Assembly (NCBI GenBank): GCA_951406725.2
Contig: OX597820.1
Coordinates: 117,800,001-117,864,000 of the forward strand
From: Octopus vulgaris
Lineage: Eukaryota
Direction: 5' to 3'
DNA length: 64,000 nucleotides
Part shown: piece by piece, positions 23,310 through 36,552 of the stretch
Layout: every line of letters starts with the position of its first letter
How positions within the stretch are numbered: position 1 is the first letter of the stretch
Translations under genes and position numbers: made by a program
The notes under the pieces: model-generated
What the model was told of the DNA's origin: nothing
What the model saw: only the letters and a program-made list of their open reading frames with translations
Database searches by the model: none

Positions 23310-24639
23310 CTAAAAATTACAAAAAAAAAACAGGTAATTATCATTGCCTGTTTTTTAGATTCTAAACACCCTTTAGAGTTTCTGTTTACTCATTGCCAGG
23401 ATAATCTCTGTTAATCAAGTTTTTCAACTCGCTCTGTTTCATAGGTGAGACCTATTTTATTGTTGTTGACCTGTGATAGTTCATTTGTTGGAGCAACATG
23501 TATGGTGCCTAATTTTGTTTGTCCATTCTGAAAAACTCTATTTTTGAGGAACACAACACAATGGCTGCTGTAGTGAAATTTGAACCCTTGAACATCGTGA
23601 CCGAATCAACACAGATTCTACCACCTGAGTACATTGGACTGATTTATTATTATTATTATTATTATTATTTGAACTTTTGACTCTTGTACTCATCAGTCCA
23701 GGGCACTTAACCTCATAGCAATCGGACAGTCACTTAATATCAACCACCAGGTATGACTGGACCTGGACTCCGACATAAACTTAGCCATGATGGCTGAAAT
23801 GAACTAAAGAACTAATATTTTTTTTTTTTTTTTAATCTCGCATCACTAACTTACATCTTTGTGTTTCTGTATGAAATTAGTCTGATTGTAATAATATATA
23901 TACATATATATATATATTTAGTATTTGGTTGTCACATAAATTCGTTTGTTTTTTTCTACTCGGCACTCCGTTGTCTTTTGTTTGAAAAGCGGTAAAATTT
24001 ATTGAAATTTCAAAATTAATAAACAAACATTGAAGAAAGAGAACAGGGATACAACAACAACAACAGCAAAAAAAACCCCAAAAACTAAAACTATTTTGAG
24101 TTAATCCAAATAACACAGGAAATGATTAAAATAAATGAAAAAGAAAACAAATGAGTTTATCTGACAACCCAATAGTAGTAGTAATGTGTGTGTGTGTGTG
24201 TGTGTGAATGAGAGGGGTTTTTTCAGTGCACCATTAAGGGCTAGTCATTTCACTAAAACCAAAAATAAATTTTAATTAAAATTTTAAGTTTGAAATTTTT
24301 ATTCTTCTGTTTTTATTTCTTTTAATTAACTATAGCTTGTTATCTAAAATGATTACTGATTTGATGTGGATGTATTAATTTAAATGACAAAATAACAACA
24401 AAAAAAAAAAGATTTTTTTTTTTCTTTTAAAATTATTTATTGGAATTATTTTTATGAAAATAAATTAGTGTTTTCCTGGAGTCTAACTTTAGAGTCCAGC
24501 AACTCTGGAGTCCAGTTATGGAAGTAACCAAAAAAAAAAAAAAAAAATCCAAAATTGTTTTTAAGCTTGACATTAAAAATGTAAATAAAAATATTTTTAA
24601 GCTCGCCATGGAATTCTTGAAACTTTTATTAATCTTAAA

Positions 24640-24844
24640 CCCTTTAGCATTTAAACTGGCCACATTTGGCCCAAATATTCTATTATTATGGTGAGACTGA
24701 CCTGATCTGGTCCCTCACACCTATTTTACAATGTAATTCTATAAAATAACCAATCACATCATCAAAGTCTCAATATCTGATAAATTGAAAACAATTTGAA
24801 TAAATAAGTATTACATTTGATGGAATAATTTGAATGCCAAAGGG
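24640..24844. mobile_element. piggyBac-like MITE
   Basis: ccctttagcatt...aatgccaaaggg|TTAA. Confidence 0.7.
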
Positions 24845-24914
24845 TTAATGTATTGAAAGAAGTGTTTGTCTTCATGTGATGACTCAAAATGGGATACAAG
24901 AGAAGTACTTCTCA

Positions 24915-25272
24915 TTATAACTCTGAGCACCATTTCAAACTCCACCTGTGGACATGTTTACAAAGTCAGAAAACCGCACAGCTCCCATGACTTTCAGAAG
25001 CATTTTTTCACGCTAAGAGTTGCTGAAGTATGGAACAGACTGTTCCATGTTGTTAGTTGTCGGAGCACTGCATCCTTCAAAACTTCCATGCTTCCTGAGA
25101 TTCGCCAACACTACACCTGATTTTCCCCCCTCCATACACACACAAGCAAGTATCTGACTCATACACTGTTCACTTTCCAGACATTTGTACATTACTGCAT
25201 ATGCTTTATACGCACTTTCGACAAGTTGTGGTGCACCTGAGCACTGTATACAATAATTTCATTATTATTATT
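24915..25272 (+). mobile_element. CR1/L2-group LINE 3-prime end
   Basis: TCGHVYKVRK..HFFTLRVAEVWNRL matches the CR1-type TRGH..FF..RV...WN.L terminus; (att)n tail. Confidence 0.7.
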
Positions 25273-26004
25273 TGAGGGGGTTTTGAAAATTGAAAAAGGA
25301 GCAGATAACTGGCCCTGTTTAATAAAACAGAGATGGTTACCAAACAGAGACGGTTTCATCATCATCATCATCCAGTGTTTTAAATCTGGGTTTTGTCCCC
25401 TTTAATGGGAGTCGCTGGATCTACCTCAACGCCATAGCAACCGATGTAGGTAGGTACAGCCCACCCCGACCTTTGGGCTGGATGGTGCCCATTCTCCCTT
25501 GCTATCACGAGGCTTTTTTTTTAATGAGATTTTCTACAGGGAGCATGCCCTTGCTTATCCCCAACCTCAGTTTCTAGACATGAGTGGTCCCAAGACCAAG
25601 GCCCCTACCACAATTTATAAGAAATGTGGTGGAAAACTAGCTCAGGAAGGTAGGGATGTTACTCCCAGAGACCCCTTTCAGACCTCCCCCCCCTTCAGGA
25701 CGGTGCCCCAGCATGGCCACAGTCAAATGACTGAAACGAGTAAAAAGATAAGATATAGAGGAGCAGGTGAATGTCCCTGTGGCATGTTAAGGTGTGTTGG
25801 TCATGGACGGAATGCAGGGGATGGGTGGTAACAGGATATAGAATGTTATCTTTTGTGCAGGTCATTAGATATTTGATCAGTTGGGCCAAACCTGCAACGG
25901 GTGACCTTAAAAATGAGGTTTTTTGCTGTTGATTAAAATAAATTTGTATGTTGTAGAGGGGGGAGGGGGGAGTTGTTGGTTACTTGACAATTGTAAAATT
26001 TGAT

Positions 26005-26662
26005 ATGAGAGAGAGTAGAGGGAGGGAGAAGGGAAGAGAAGGAGGAGAGGGAGAAGGGAAGAGACAGGAGAGAGGGGGAAGGGAAGAGACAAAAGGAGAG
26101 AAAGAGAAGGGAAGAGACGAGGGAGGGAGAAAGGGAGAGGGAGAATGGAAGAGACAAAGAAGGAGGGGGAAGGGAAGAGACAGAAAGAGGGAGGGAGAAG
26201 GGAAGAGACAGAAGGAGAGAGGGGGAAAGAGATAGAAAGAGGGAGGGAGAAGGGAAGAGAAGGAGGAGAGAGGGGGGAAGGGAAGAAACAGAAAGAGGGA
26301 GGGAGAAGGGAAGAGACAGAAAGAGGGAGGGAGAAGGGAAGAGACAGAAGGAGAGAGGGGGAAAGGAAGAGAGAAGGGGAAAGAGATAGAAAGAGGGAGG
26401 GAGAAGGGAAGAGAAGGAGGAGAGAGGGGGGAAGGGAAGAGACAGAAGGAGAGAGGGGGAAAGGAAGAGAGAAGGGGAAAGAGATAGAAAGAGGGAGGGA
26501 GAAGGAGGAGAGAGGGGGGAAGGGAAGAGACAGAAAGAGGGAGGGAGAAGGGAAGAGACAGAAAGAGGGAGGGAGAAGGGAAGAGACAGAAGGAGAGAGG
26601 GGGAAAGGAAGAGAGAAGGAGAGAGGAAAAGATACAGTAAGAGAGAGAGAGAGAAGGGAAGA
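26005..26662. repeat. Purine-rich minisatellite
   Basis: Repeated gagaagggaagagacagaaagagggag / gaaggagagaggggg units. Confidence 0.9.
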
Positions 26663-27085
26663 GATTTTATCAACAAAATATGGATTCCCAAGGGTCATGT
26701 GGACCCCTAAAAGTAATATGGACCCTGGTTGAGAACCCCTGGTCTAATTGCTGGGGATGAAAGGGTGAGAGGAAAAGATTGTGTAGTTTCTGTGTATTCA
26801 CATATGAAACTTACGTATACACACACACACACACACACACACACAAGACATGCACAGATATACATGCATACACAGACACACATACAGATAGACACACACA
26901 TACACACACAAAGGCTCACCCACAAACACACATACATACACAAACACATACATACACAAAGGCACATACTGTTTTATTTGACCTTACTTATATATATGTC
27001 ACTTTCCTTGTCTTCATTGTAAACTAATAAAAAGAGGTTGTCTCTCAGTTTATCCTTTCCTTTTCTCTTCCTGTTCTTTTGACTC

Positions 27086-27123
<38 letters not shown>

Positions 27124-27186
27124 TAAAACATTCTTTCAAATCTTCAAAAACTGTAATAGTATTACTACAATTCTGTCTTTATTGAA

Positions 27187-27510
27187 AGGTGTTTATAAGC
27201 CATTTAAGAAACACACAAAAGCCATTCGATTCACTTCAACAGTTTAATTTGTCAAAATATTTTCGTCGCTTTAAGACCGCGACCTGTTCACTGACAAAAA
27301 TCCATGCTGCATCTCAGATTTTTGTCAGTGAACAGGTCGCGGTTTTAAAGCGAAAATATTTTGACAAATTAAACTTAAATGTTGAAGTGAATCGAACGGC
27401 TTTTGTGTGTTTCTTAAATGGCTTACAAACACCTTCCACGCTGCAATTGTTTTCGTTCCAGCACACGATCTCAGATCAAATCACTTGCTATGCGAGTACA
27501 TCTCTGTAAA
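27187..27510. mobile_element. Fold-back insertion (~116-bp arms, 14-nt spacer) with 13-bp TSD and variant hammerhead
   Basis: Arms ~27186-27302 and ~27317-27436; tgtctttattgaa at 27174-27186 and 27511-27523. Confidence 0.85.
27248..27298 (-). ncRNA. Minimal hammerhead-like motif with swapped G3-C8 core (GUGAACA)
   Basis: tttgtca-GTGAACA-g-gtcgc-ggtcttaaa-gcgac-GAAA-atattt-tgacaaa: 7-bp stem I, 5-bp stem II, palindromic AAATATTT stem III. Confidence 0.62.
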
Positions 27511-27654
27511 TGTCTTTATTGAATATTTCTTTTATTTGACTCAAGTATAACGGGGTCCTTATTCTATGAAGAAAGAACTCAAATGGGTTAAGCCTCTCTC
27601 TACAGCTGTTTCAGACATGTTTTTTTTTATTGAATAAACTGATTACACCATGAA

Positions 27655-28330
27655 AAGTTATGCTACACCAGCATCAGCCACATTGCCTCCATGAGGCCCA
27701 ATGCTTGAAAAGTGCTTTTTATGTGCCATTGGCACAGGTGCCAGTTATGTCACATCGGCCACAACTACGATTTCACTTGGTTTGATGGGTTTTCTCAGAC
27801 ACACATCTTGCCAAAAATCTTAGGCACTTGTCATTGCTGCCGTGAGACCCAATGTTTGTAGATCATGCTTCACCACTTTGTCTCATGTCTTCCTGGGTCT
27901 ACTTCTTCCACAGGTTCCCTCCACAGCACTTCTTTAGCCAGCTGTCCTCACCCATATGCATCACATGACTATACCAGTGCAGTCGTCTCTCTTGCACACC
28001 ACATTTGATGCCTCTTATGTTCAACTTTTCTCTTAAGACACTTACACTCTGTCATACATGCACACTGACATTGTACATCCAGCGAAGCATGCTAGCTTCA
28101 TTTCTTTCAAGCCTTTACATGTCCTTGGCTGCCACAGCCCATGTTTCACTGCCATGTATCATAGCTGTTTGGCATCATACAGTCTACCTTTCACTCTGAG
28201 CGAGAAGCCCTTTGTTACCAACAGGGGTGGGAGCTTTCTGAACTTTGCCCACCCGATTCTTACTCTTGCAGCATCCACCTCTGCTACTGACTTGCTCATC
28301 CAGATAACAGATACTATCAACTACTTCTAG
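27655..28330 (-). mobile_element. RTE-clade LINE 3-prime ORF fragment and UTR
   Basis: SICYLDEQVSSRGGCC, RIGWAKFRKLPPLLVTKGFSLRVKGRL, ERNEASMLRWMYNVSV and GRSRPRKT motifs across frames. Confidence 0.8.
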
Positions 28331-28344
28331 CTTACCGCCATATA

Positions 28345-28570
28345 TACTCTCTTTTACTCTTTTACTTGTTTCAGTCATTTGACTGCGGCCATGCTGGAGC
28401 ACCGCCTTTAATCGAGCAAATCGACCCCGGGACATATTCTTTGTAAGCCCAGTACTTATTCTATCGGTCTCTTTTGCCAAACCGCTAAGTAACGGGGACA
28501 TAAACACACACCGAAATCGGTTGTCAAGCAATGGTCGGTAGGGGACAAGCACAGACACATAAACCTACAA

Positions 28571-28607
<37 letters not shown>

Positions 28608-28697
28608 CGACGGGCTTCTTTCAGTTTCCGTCTACCAAATCCACTCACAAGGCTTTGGTTGGCCCGAGGCTATAGTAGAAGACACTTGCCCAAGGTG
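28345..28697 (-). mobile_element. SINE family B (5-prime truncated)
   Basis: Family B body and tail. Confidence 0.8.
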
Positions 28698-28713
28698 CGC
28701 TTATGTGTATATT

Positions 28714-28748
<35 letters not shown>

Positions 28749-28749
<1 letters not shown>

Positions 28750-29129
28750 GGCACTCTGTCAGTTGTGACGACAGGGGTTCCAGTTGATCTGATCAATGGA
28801 ACAGCCTGCTTTTGATATCAGCGTGCAAGTGGCTGAGTACTCCACAGACACATGTACCCTCAACATAGTTCTCAGGGAGATTCAGCGTGACACAGAGTGT
28901 GACAAGGCCGGCCCCTTGAAATACAGGTACAACAAAAGCAGGAAGAAAGAGTGAGAGAAAGTTGTGGTGAAAGAGTACAGCAGGGTTAGCCACCAGCCCC
29001 TGCCAGAGCCTCGTAGAGCTTTAGGTGTTTTTGTTCGATAGACACTCACAATGCCCAGTCTGGGAATTGAAACCACGATCCTATAACAGCGAGTCTGCTG
29101 TGTTAACCACCAGGCCATTGCGCCTCCAC
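28749..29129 (-). mobile_element. SINE family A (diverged)
   Basis: Collinear with 19297-19670. Confidence 0.8.
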
Positions 29130-29161
29130 TATAGGCTTGTTTCATACACACACACACACAC

Positions 29162-29202
<41 letters not shown>

Positions 29203-29576
29203 AATGTGTGTGTGTGTGTCTATATATATATATATATATACATATATATATACAAAATTAGAAAATGGAAAAATATTGTATAACATTACTCTTTTCCACT
29301 TTTTTATGTTTAGCCTTATAGTTTCTTATGTGGTGGTTTAATAAAGTATGTGATCGGGTATTATCTGGTAATTGATATTTGATTTAGATGTATTTCTCCA
29401 TTTTCTTATTTTGTATTATGAATTTGTGGTAAAACATTTTACCTTTGCCCATATAATACAGTAAATGAATTAACATTTATGTATTAACTTTGTTGGGTAC
29501 TTCACTAGCAGTATATTGGATATATGTTATCCCATGGAGGGTTGCATTTACAACCCCTATCTGAATTTGTAAATAA

Positions 29577-29822
29577 ACCGACCAGGCTATCAGATGTTGC
29601 TACACATCGCTGGTCACAATGCGCTTCACATTGTTTTAGCCTTCAAATGACGCCACCCCGCTGGCTAAGCGAGCAGGCCGACAGAAGAAAGAGTGAGAGA
29701 AAGTTGTGGCGAAAGAGTACAGCAGGGATCGCCACCACTCCCTGCCGGAGCCTCGTGGAGCTTTAGGTGTTTTTGCCGACCGCGAGCCCGCTGCCCTAAC
29801 CACTGGGCCATTGTGCCTCCAC
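29577..29822 (-). mobile_element. SINE family A with alternative tail
   Basis: Same structure as 15559-15836. Confidence 0.75.
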
Positions 29823-29823
29823 C

Positions 29824-29875
<52 letters not shown>

Positions 29876-30127
29876 GTGTTAATTGATTGGAGGTGGATTT
29901 CCTGCACAGTAATTCCTCAGCATGTCACAGTAGTTCACCTATCATGTTCTCAGTGCTTGATGGATTTTTCTGGCTAATATATGTAAATTTATATCGCGGA
30001 CTCCTCAGTATGTTGTGGGTTTCTGTGGTTGATAGTCATTTGTATATTTTTAGATTTTAATTATTTCTGTGGGAGGTTTTGGAACAGAACACCTGCAATA
30101 GTTGAGGGATTACTGTGTGCTGATATC

Positions 30128-31194
30128 TCTCTTTTCTCTTTTCTCTTTTACTTGTTTCAGTCATTTGACTGCGACCATGCTGGAGCACCGCCTTTAGTCG
30201 AGCAAATCGACCCCGGGACTTATTCTTTGTAAGCCCAGTACTTATTCTATCGGTCAGTTTTGCCGAACCGCTAAGTGACGGGGACGTAAACACACCAGCA
30301 TCGGTTGTCAAGCAATGCTAGGGGGACAAACACAGACACACAAACACATACACATCATCATCATTTAACGTCCGTTCTCCATGCTAGCATGGGTTGGACG
30401 GTTCGACCGGGGTTCTGGGAAGCCAGAAGGCTGCCCCAGGCTCCAGTCTAATCTGGCAATGTTTCTACAGCTGGATGCCCTTCCTAACGCCAACCACTCC
30501 GTGAGTGTAGTGGGTGCTTTTTACGTGCCACCTGCACAGGTGCCAGGCGAGGCTGGCAACGGCCACGGTCGGATTGGTGTATTTTATGTGCCACCGGCAC
30601 GGAAGCCAGTCGAGGCGGTGCTGGCATCGGCCACGAGTCAGATAGTGCTTTTTACGTACCACCAGACCAGGGATCCTGGCTGGTTCAATTCGATTTCGAT
30701 TTCGCTTGCCCCAACATGTCTTCGCAAGCAGAGGGGGGGGGGGTTGGCATGGGTGCCTGTCGTCGGATGAGGTTCTATATCGACTTCGCTTGCCTCAACA
30801 GGTCTTTGTGTCCAAGGGAGGAAAGGCATTCATAAGTGGGCTGGGCTCACTTGTCCTGCCTGGTCTTCTCACGTACAGAATATTTCCAAAGGTCTCGGTC
30901 GCTGGTCATTTCCTCAGTGAGGCCTAAAGTTCGAAGGTCGTACTTCACCACCTCGTCCCAGGTTTTCCTGGGTCTACCTCTTCCACGGGTTCCCTCACAC
31001 ATATATATATATATATATATATACATATATACGACAGGCTTCTTTCAGTTTCCGTCTACCAAATCTACCACTCACAAGGCATTGGTCGGCCCGGGGCTAT
31101 AGCAGAAGACACTTGCCCAAGATGCCACGCAGTGGGACTGAACCTGAACCATGTGGTTGGTAGACAAGCTACTAACCACACAGCCACTCCTGCG

Positions 31195-31198
<4 letters not shown>
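30128..31198 (-). mobile_element. SINE family B interrupted by an RTE LINE 3-prime fragment (30353-30995)
   Basis: B tail 30128-30352 and B head 31020-31198; the insert encodes GTRGRGRPRKTWDEVVKYD and ends in (gat)n, sitting in the SINE's internal microsatellite. Confidence 0.8.
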
Positions 31199-31291
<93 letters not shown>

Positions 31292-32018
31292 TTTTTGATT
31301 TTTTTGATTTTGATTTTTCTAGTTTCAGCTAATGAGCTGTGGCCATGCTGGGGCACCGCCATTTATATATATATATATATATTAAAATTATAATAAGGGT
31401 GTTGAATGATTACAACACCAGTCTGCTAGAAATAGACCCTAATTGGTCTAAGAACCACTTAGATTATTACTCCCCCTACACAAGGTTGACCTGCCACCTC
31501 CTCCCCTTCCCATTCCACCTCCTCCTCCTGTTCCTCCCTTTCATGCTCCTCCCCTCCCCTCCTGTTCCTCCTTCTCCTCCTCTTGTTCCTGTTCCTCCAC
31601 TCTTGCTCCTTCCCCCTCCTGCTCCCACCTTCTCCCTGCTCCTCCTCCTTATCAAAAATGACTTTGTAATTATAAGCAGAAACTTAAAATGACAGATTCC
31701 CACCATCCGTATTTTAAACTGATTTTTTAAAAAAAATGGAAATTTTAGGATTTATGCGTCGGGAGGGGTTTGGGGGTTAGACATTTTTTTTCTCTTTTGC
31801 ATGATTGTATGAATTCCCGTGTCAGAACTTAAATTCGCAAATCTGAAAATTCCATAAAATAAAAACTAACGAGGTGGTCACGTGGGATGATAAAAGCAGA
31901 ATTTCATCAAAAAATGGCGAACATTGTTATAAGGGAAATAACTCTTTCCAAAGTAAGGGAAAGAACTCTTGAATTATATTTGAAAGTAGTTATTCGTAAT
32001 TTAAATGCGAGTTATTTA

Positions 32019-32252
32019 AAGGAGGCGAGCTGGCAGAAACGTTAGCACGCCGGGCGAAATGCTTAGCGGTATTTCGTCTGTCGTTACGTTCTGCGTTCAA
32101 ATTCCGCCGAGGTCGACTTTGCCTTTCATCCTTTCGGGGTCGATAAATTAAGTACCAGTTACACACTGGGGTCGATGTAATCGACTTAATCCGTTTGTCT
32201 GTCCTTGTTTGTCACCTCTCTGTTTAGTCCCTTGTGGGTAGTAAAGAAATCG
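32019..32252 (+). mobile_element. SINE family C (Meta-domain-like), full length
   Basis: ggcgagctggcagaaacgttagcacgccgggcg head; gcctttcatcctttcggggtcgataaattaagtaccag central domain. Confidence 0.8.
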
Positions 32253-32820
32253 CTATTTAAATCTGTTGACGGCTTTAAAATGGTTTTCCAAGTTGATGTA
32301 GCTTCTGTAATTTAGCTTGTTAGTTTTTCTTATTAAACCCTGACAAACCTTAGAGGATAAAAACGGATGAAGAATGTTATTGTAAGTCAGCTTTGATGGA
32401 ATAACTCTTGAGGATTAACTGCTACATCTAGCGGATCAATGACACGGACATGGACTGACTTTAGTTTCCAAATGAATTTTTGGGCTGTGTGATTGTAGAA
32501 ACTCGCTTTGCAACCACGTGGTCCTGGGTTCAGTCCCACTGCGTGGCACCTATGCAAATGTGTTCTACTATAACCTCGGACCAACTAACAGCAAAACCTA
32601 TTAATTCTGCTCAATGGAACAGAAAGATCGACGTAGTTCTCTGTGCAAGATTCCCTTCATTTTTATTAACGTAGACGATATGTTGTTCCTATCAACATGT
32701 GGCTCTGTTGAACATTGGAGGTTTATCAACGTTGGCCGTGTCCCGAAAGATTTATTCTGCGCTCAAGGAGAAGACCGATAATTGGTGATGGAATTTGAAC
32801 TTAGAACATCAAGATTGAGG

Positions 32821-33211
32821 CTCTTTTACTTGTTTCAGTCATTTGATTGCGGCCATGCTGGAGCACCGCCTTTAATCGAGCAACTCGACCCCGGGACTTA
32901 TTCTTTTGTAAGCCCAGTACTTATTCTATCGGTCTCTTTTGCCGAACCGCTAAGTAACGGGGACATAAACACATCAGCATCGGTTGTCAAGCAATGCTAG
33001 GGGGACAAACACAGACACACAAACACACACACGCATACATATATACATATATACGACGGGCTTCTTTCAGTTTCCATCTACCAAATCCACTCACAAGGCT
33101 TTGGTCGGCCCAAGGCTATAGTAGAAGACACCTGCCCAAGGTGCCACGCAGTGGGACTGAACCCGGAACCATGTGGTTGGTAAACAAACTACTTACCACA
33201 CAGCCACTCCT
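32821..33211 (-). mobile_element. SINE family B
   Basis: Full-length copy. Confidence 0.85.
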
Positions 33212-33644
33212 GGCTGATACCAGAAAATACATTGCATGAGAACTGTAGAGAAAGAAAACATTTATGGAGAACTGATACGAAACGTGCTGCTCTTTTAACC
33301 CTTCTACAGGTTCTCATTCGTATCTATTATCTTTGGCACAACGGACCTGCTTAAAAACCTAGAGAAACGGGTTCTCCAAGAATGAACGAACCAAACTAAC
33401 CTGTGATCTCCAAACATTGTCATTGAGTTATACAGATAAAATTTGGAAAACGTTCAAGAGATTCCTCATGCGAGTTCCTCCATGTTAAACATAAATGACA
33501 ACCATGTAACATTCTCCAGGGATCCCTCTCCATGTGAATTTCCTGGGGCCAGGCATACGCTGAAATCCAGAGGTACATATGGAGTGCACGAGCACCTAGA
33601 AGAATGACGTAATATACGTCTGCATGTTATATAATTGCTTTGCT

Positions 33645-33882
33645 CACTTCAAATTTTGGCACAAGGCCAGCAATTTCGGGGCTGGGGGCTGGAGTGGGGT
33701 GGAGGGGGATAAGTTGATAACGTCGACTCCAGTGTTCAACTTGTACCAATTTTATCGACCCCAAAAGGATAAAAAGAGAAGTCGACCTCGGCGGTATTTG
33801 AACTCAGAACGTAAAAGCAAATGAAGTGCCGCCGCTAAGCAATTTGCCTTCCGTGCTAACGATTCTGTTGGTTTGCCGCTTT
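33645..33882 (-). mobile_element. SINE family C (diverged)
   Basis: Family C blocks on the minus strand. Confidence 0.65.
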
Positions 33883-34269
33883 GATTACTTATTGATACGC
33901 GGAATATATTGAAAAGAGAATCTGAAGCAGAGCTAAAATTTAAGACAAGGGAGATAAATCCGTACGTAATTATAAGGAGTTATCGTCCTTGTTTCTTAAA
34001 CACTCAGTAACTGTTATATTTTAAAGGTTTAAAAATATACCGAAAGATAACTAAGTTTATAAGTAACTACAGTTGGTGAACAATGAAGTAAAAGCTATTG
34101 AGATACATGTATGTATGTATGTATGTATGTATGTATGTATGTATGTATGTATGTATGTATGTATGTATGTATGTATGTATGTATGTATGTATGTATTTGT
34201 GTGTTTGTATGTATGTCATTGTTCAGTTTTATCAGGTCATCTCGAATTTTGAATAAAGAAAACAAGTGA

Positions 34270-35230
34270 TGAAATGTTATATTTAATTGAAATTTAATCA
34301 CCAATGTGCTTTCTTTGATTATCTATGACTTCCTTCCATCTATTTACAAGCTTTTTAATCCCATCAATGTAAAACCCTTTTGGTTTCAAAGCGAAGAACT
34401 CTGAAATGTCAGTTTCGACCTCCTCCTGGCTTGCGAAAGTTATGCTCTCCAAATGATTCTGTAAGCTACGAAACAAATGGTAGTCTGAAGGAGCAAGGTC
34501 GGGAGATTAAGGTGGATGAGGAATTTTTTCCCAACCAAGCTCTTCGATCTTCTATGATGTGATCTTTGCAGGGTGGGGTCGAGCATTGTCCTGATGAAAC
34601 ATCACTCCTTTTAGATTCATTAAAGCTGGTCTTATTTTCTTCAAAGCTTGGTTCAAACGCTCCAATTGCTGACAGTAGATTTGAGCATTGATTGTTGCAT
34701 TAGGTGGTTACAATTCAAAGTGAATTACCCCTTTGCAATCCCACCAGAGAGAGAGAGAGAAGAACATTTTTTCCACGAAGTTCCCTTCTCGGTTGTGGTT
34801 GAACTTTTCCCCTTTTACCAAGCCACGTTTAACATTTCGATAGAAGATCCATTTTTCGTCACCAGTCACAAGTCTATCCGAAATTGTTGAAATGAGTTCG
34901 CGAGAATGGAGAGAAGAGCAGATGTCAGCTTGGGATCTGCGGTTGCTTTCGGATAATTCATGAGGCAGCCATTTTAGAAGTTTACGAACCTTTCCAAGTT
35001 GTTGACGATGAACAGTTGTATGGTTTGAACTAAGCTTTATTGCCAATTCTTCAACTGATAATGCAAGATTTTCTTCAAGTAATGCCTGAAGGAGCTGATC
35101 ATCAAACTCAACTGGACGTCCTGTTCGATCTTCATCTTCAAGGGTGAAATCCCCCCTTTTGGATTTTGCAAACTATCTTCTGCAAGTTCTTTCATTCAAG
35201 CATTCTTTCCCATAAACTGAGTGTATGCTT
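34270..35230 (-). mobile_element. mariner transposase pseudogene
   Basis: WLPHELSE, LVTGDEKWIFY, WWDCKGVIHFEL, HQDNARPH and SPDLAPSDYHLFRSLQN motifs, broken by frameshifts. Confidence 0.88.
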
Positions 35231-35402
35231 CTGAATGTATGTATAACATCCTCCGATTTTTTTCCGTCTTTATTTTCATATACATTCGCCGCTTTCTTCC
35301 AAGGAATCTAATGCTCTTATCTTAGTTTTTCCTTGGGGCTGGCCAGATTGGAGCAATCTCGAGTATAACCAGCCGAAATTGCAAAGATAATCTGGAACTC
35401 GA

Positions 35403-35474
<72 letters not shown>

Positions 35475-35479
35475 TATAA

Positions 35480-36490
35480 CTTTTCCAGGCGTCCCCGTTA
35501 TCTGAACATTTTCCCAGCCGAACTCTGGACCCTTCTATGTCTCCGTCGCCGCACTGACATCATCATAAAACCGGCCGACAAAGGTGGAGACGTGGTGGTG
35601 TGGTGCGCGGACCTCTACAAGGCCGAAGATCTCCGTCAACTTCAAGATACCTCCTTCTACTGTCCTCTGCCCTCTGACCCTACGCCCAGCTACGAACAGA
35701 CTGAGTCCTCCACTGTCCATTGACCTCATCTCCTCCTCCCGTCTCCCCCACAACCTCCAACCTCATTGTCAGCATCCCTCGCACCCCCACAATTTACTTC
35801 CTCCCCAAATCCACAAACCTAACAACCCTGGCCGCCCCATCGTCTCCGCCTGCAACTGCCCCACCGAACTCATCTGCAGATATCTTGACCCTGTCCGTAC
35901 CCCCCCAGTGGCTTCCTTCCCCTCTCACATCCATGACACCAACCACATGTTTCATCTGTTCAACTCTTTCTCCTTCTCTCTTGGCCCCTCTAAACTTCTC
36001 TTCATTCTCGACATCCAGAGCCTTTACACGTGCACGCCAACATTTCCTTGACCTTTGACCCCAACCCCCAACCCGACTCATCCACACTCGTTCGTCTGGC
36101 CGAAATTGTCCTCTCACTCAACTGTTTCTCGTTCGCTGGTGATTTTTATCAGGAGGTCTCGGGAGTGGCCATGGGAACGAGAATGGGCCCCATTATGCGA
36201 ACCTCTTCGTTGGCTACATTGAGGCCCAAAATATTCTCAAGTTTCACTGGTCCCACTCCCGAACTATACGGCCGTTATATTGACGACTGTATCGGTGCGA
36301 CCTCACTCTCCCGCGAACATCTACACTCCTTCCTCTCTTTTGTCAAATCTTTCCATCCTGCCCTCCAATTCTCCTGCAAGATCTCTGACACTGCTGTTTC
36401 TTTTCTTGATATTTCGGTCAGCATTCATCACTCCACTCTCACCACCTCCATCCTCTACAAACACACATTCTCACACTCATATCTCAGCTA
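35480..36490 (+). mobile_element. Penelope-like element reverse transcriptase fragment (frameshifted)
   Basis: IIKPADKGG, TPTIYFLPK/IHKPNNPGRPIVS, LDIQSLYT, GVAMGTRMGP, YGRYIDDCIG and FLDISV are PLE-RT signatures. Confidence 0.9.
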
Positions 36491-36552
36491 AAGATGGTGC
36501 TCCAGCATAGCCGCAGTCAAATAACTGAAACAAGTAAAAGAAATATACAAGA

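Noticed and set aside
23625-23705. CTGATGA on the minus strand with short inverted repeats
   Set aside because: No GAAA, stem III or NUH in register.
25907-26732. 195-263 aa S/P/L/F-rich or E/R/G-rich ORFs
   Set aside because: Stop-free frames of a polypurine minisatellite.
34591-34600. ctgatgaaac hammerhead-like word
   Set aside because: Lies within the mariner HQDNARPH coding segment and has no stems.
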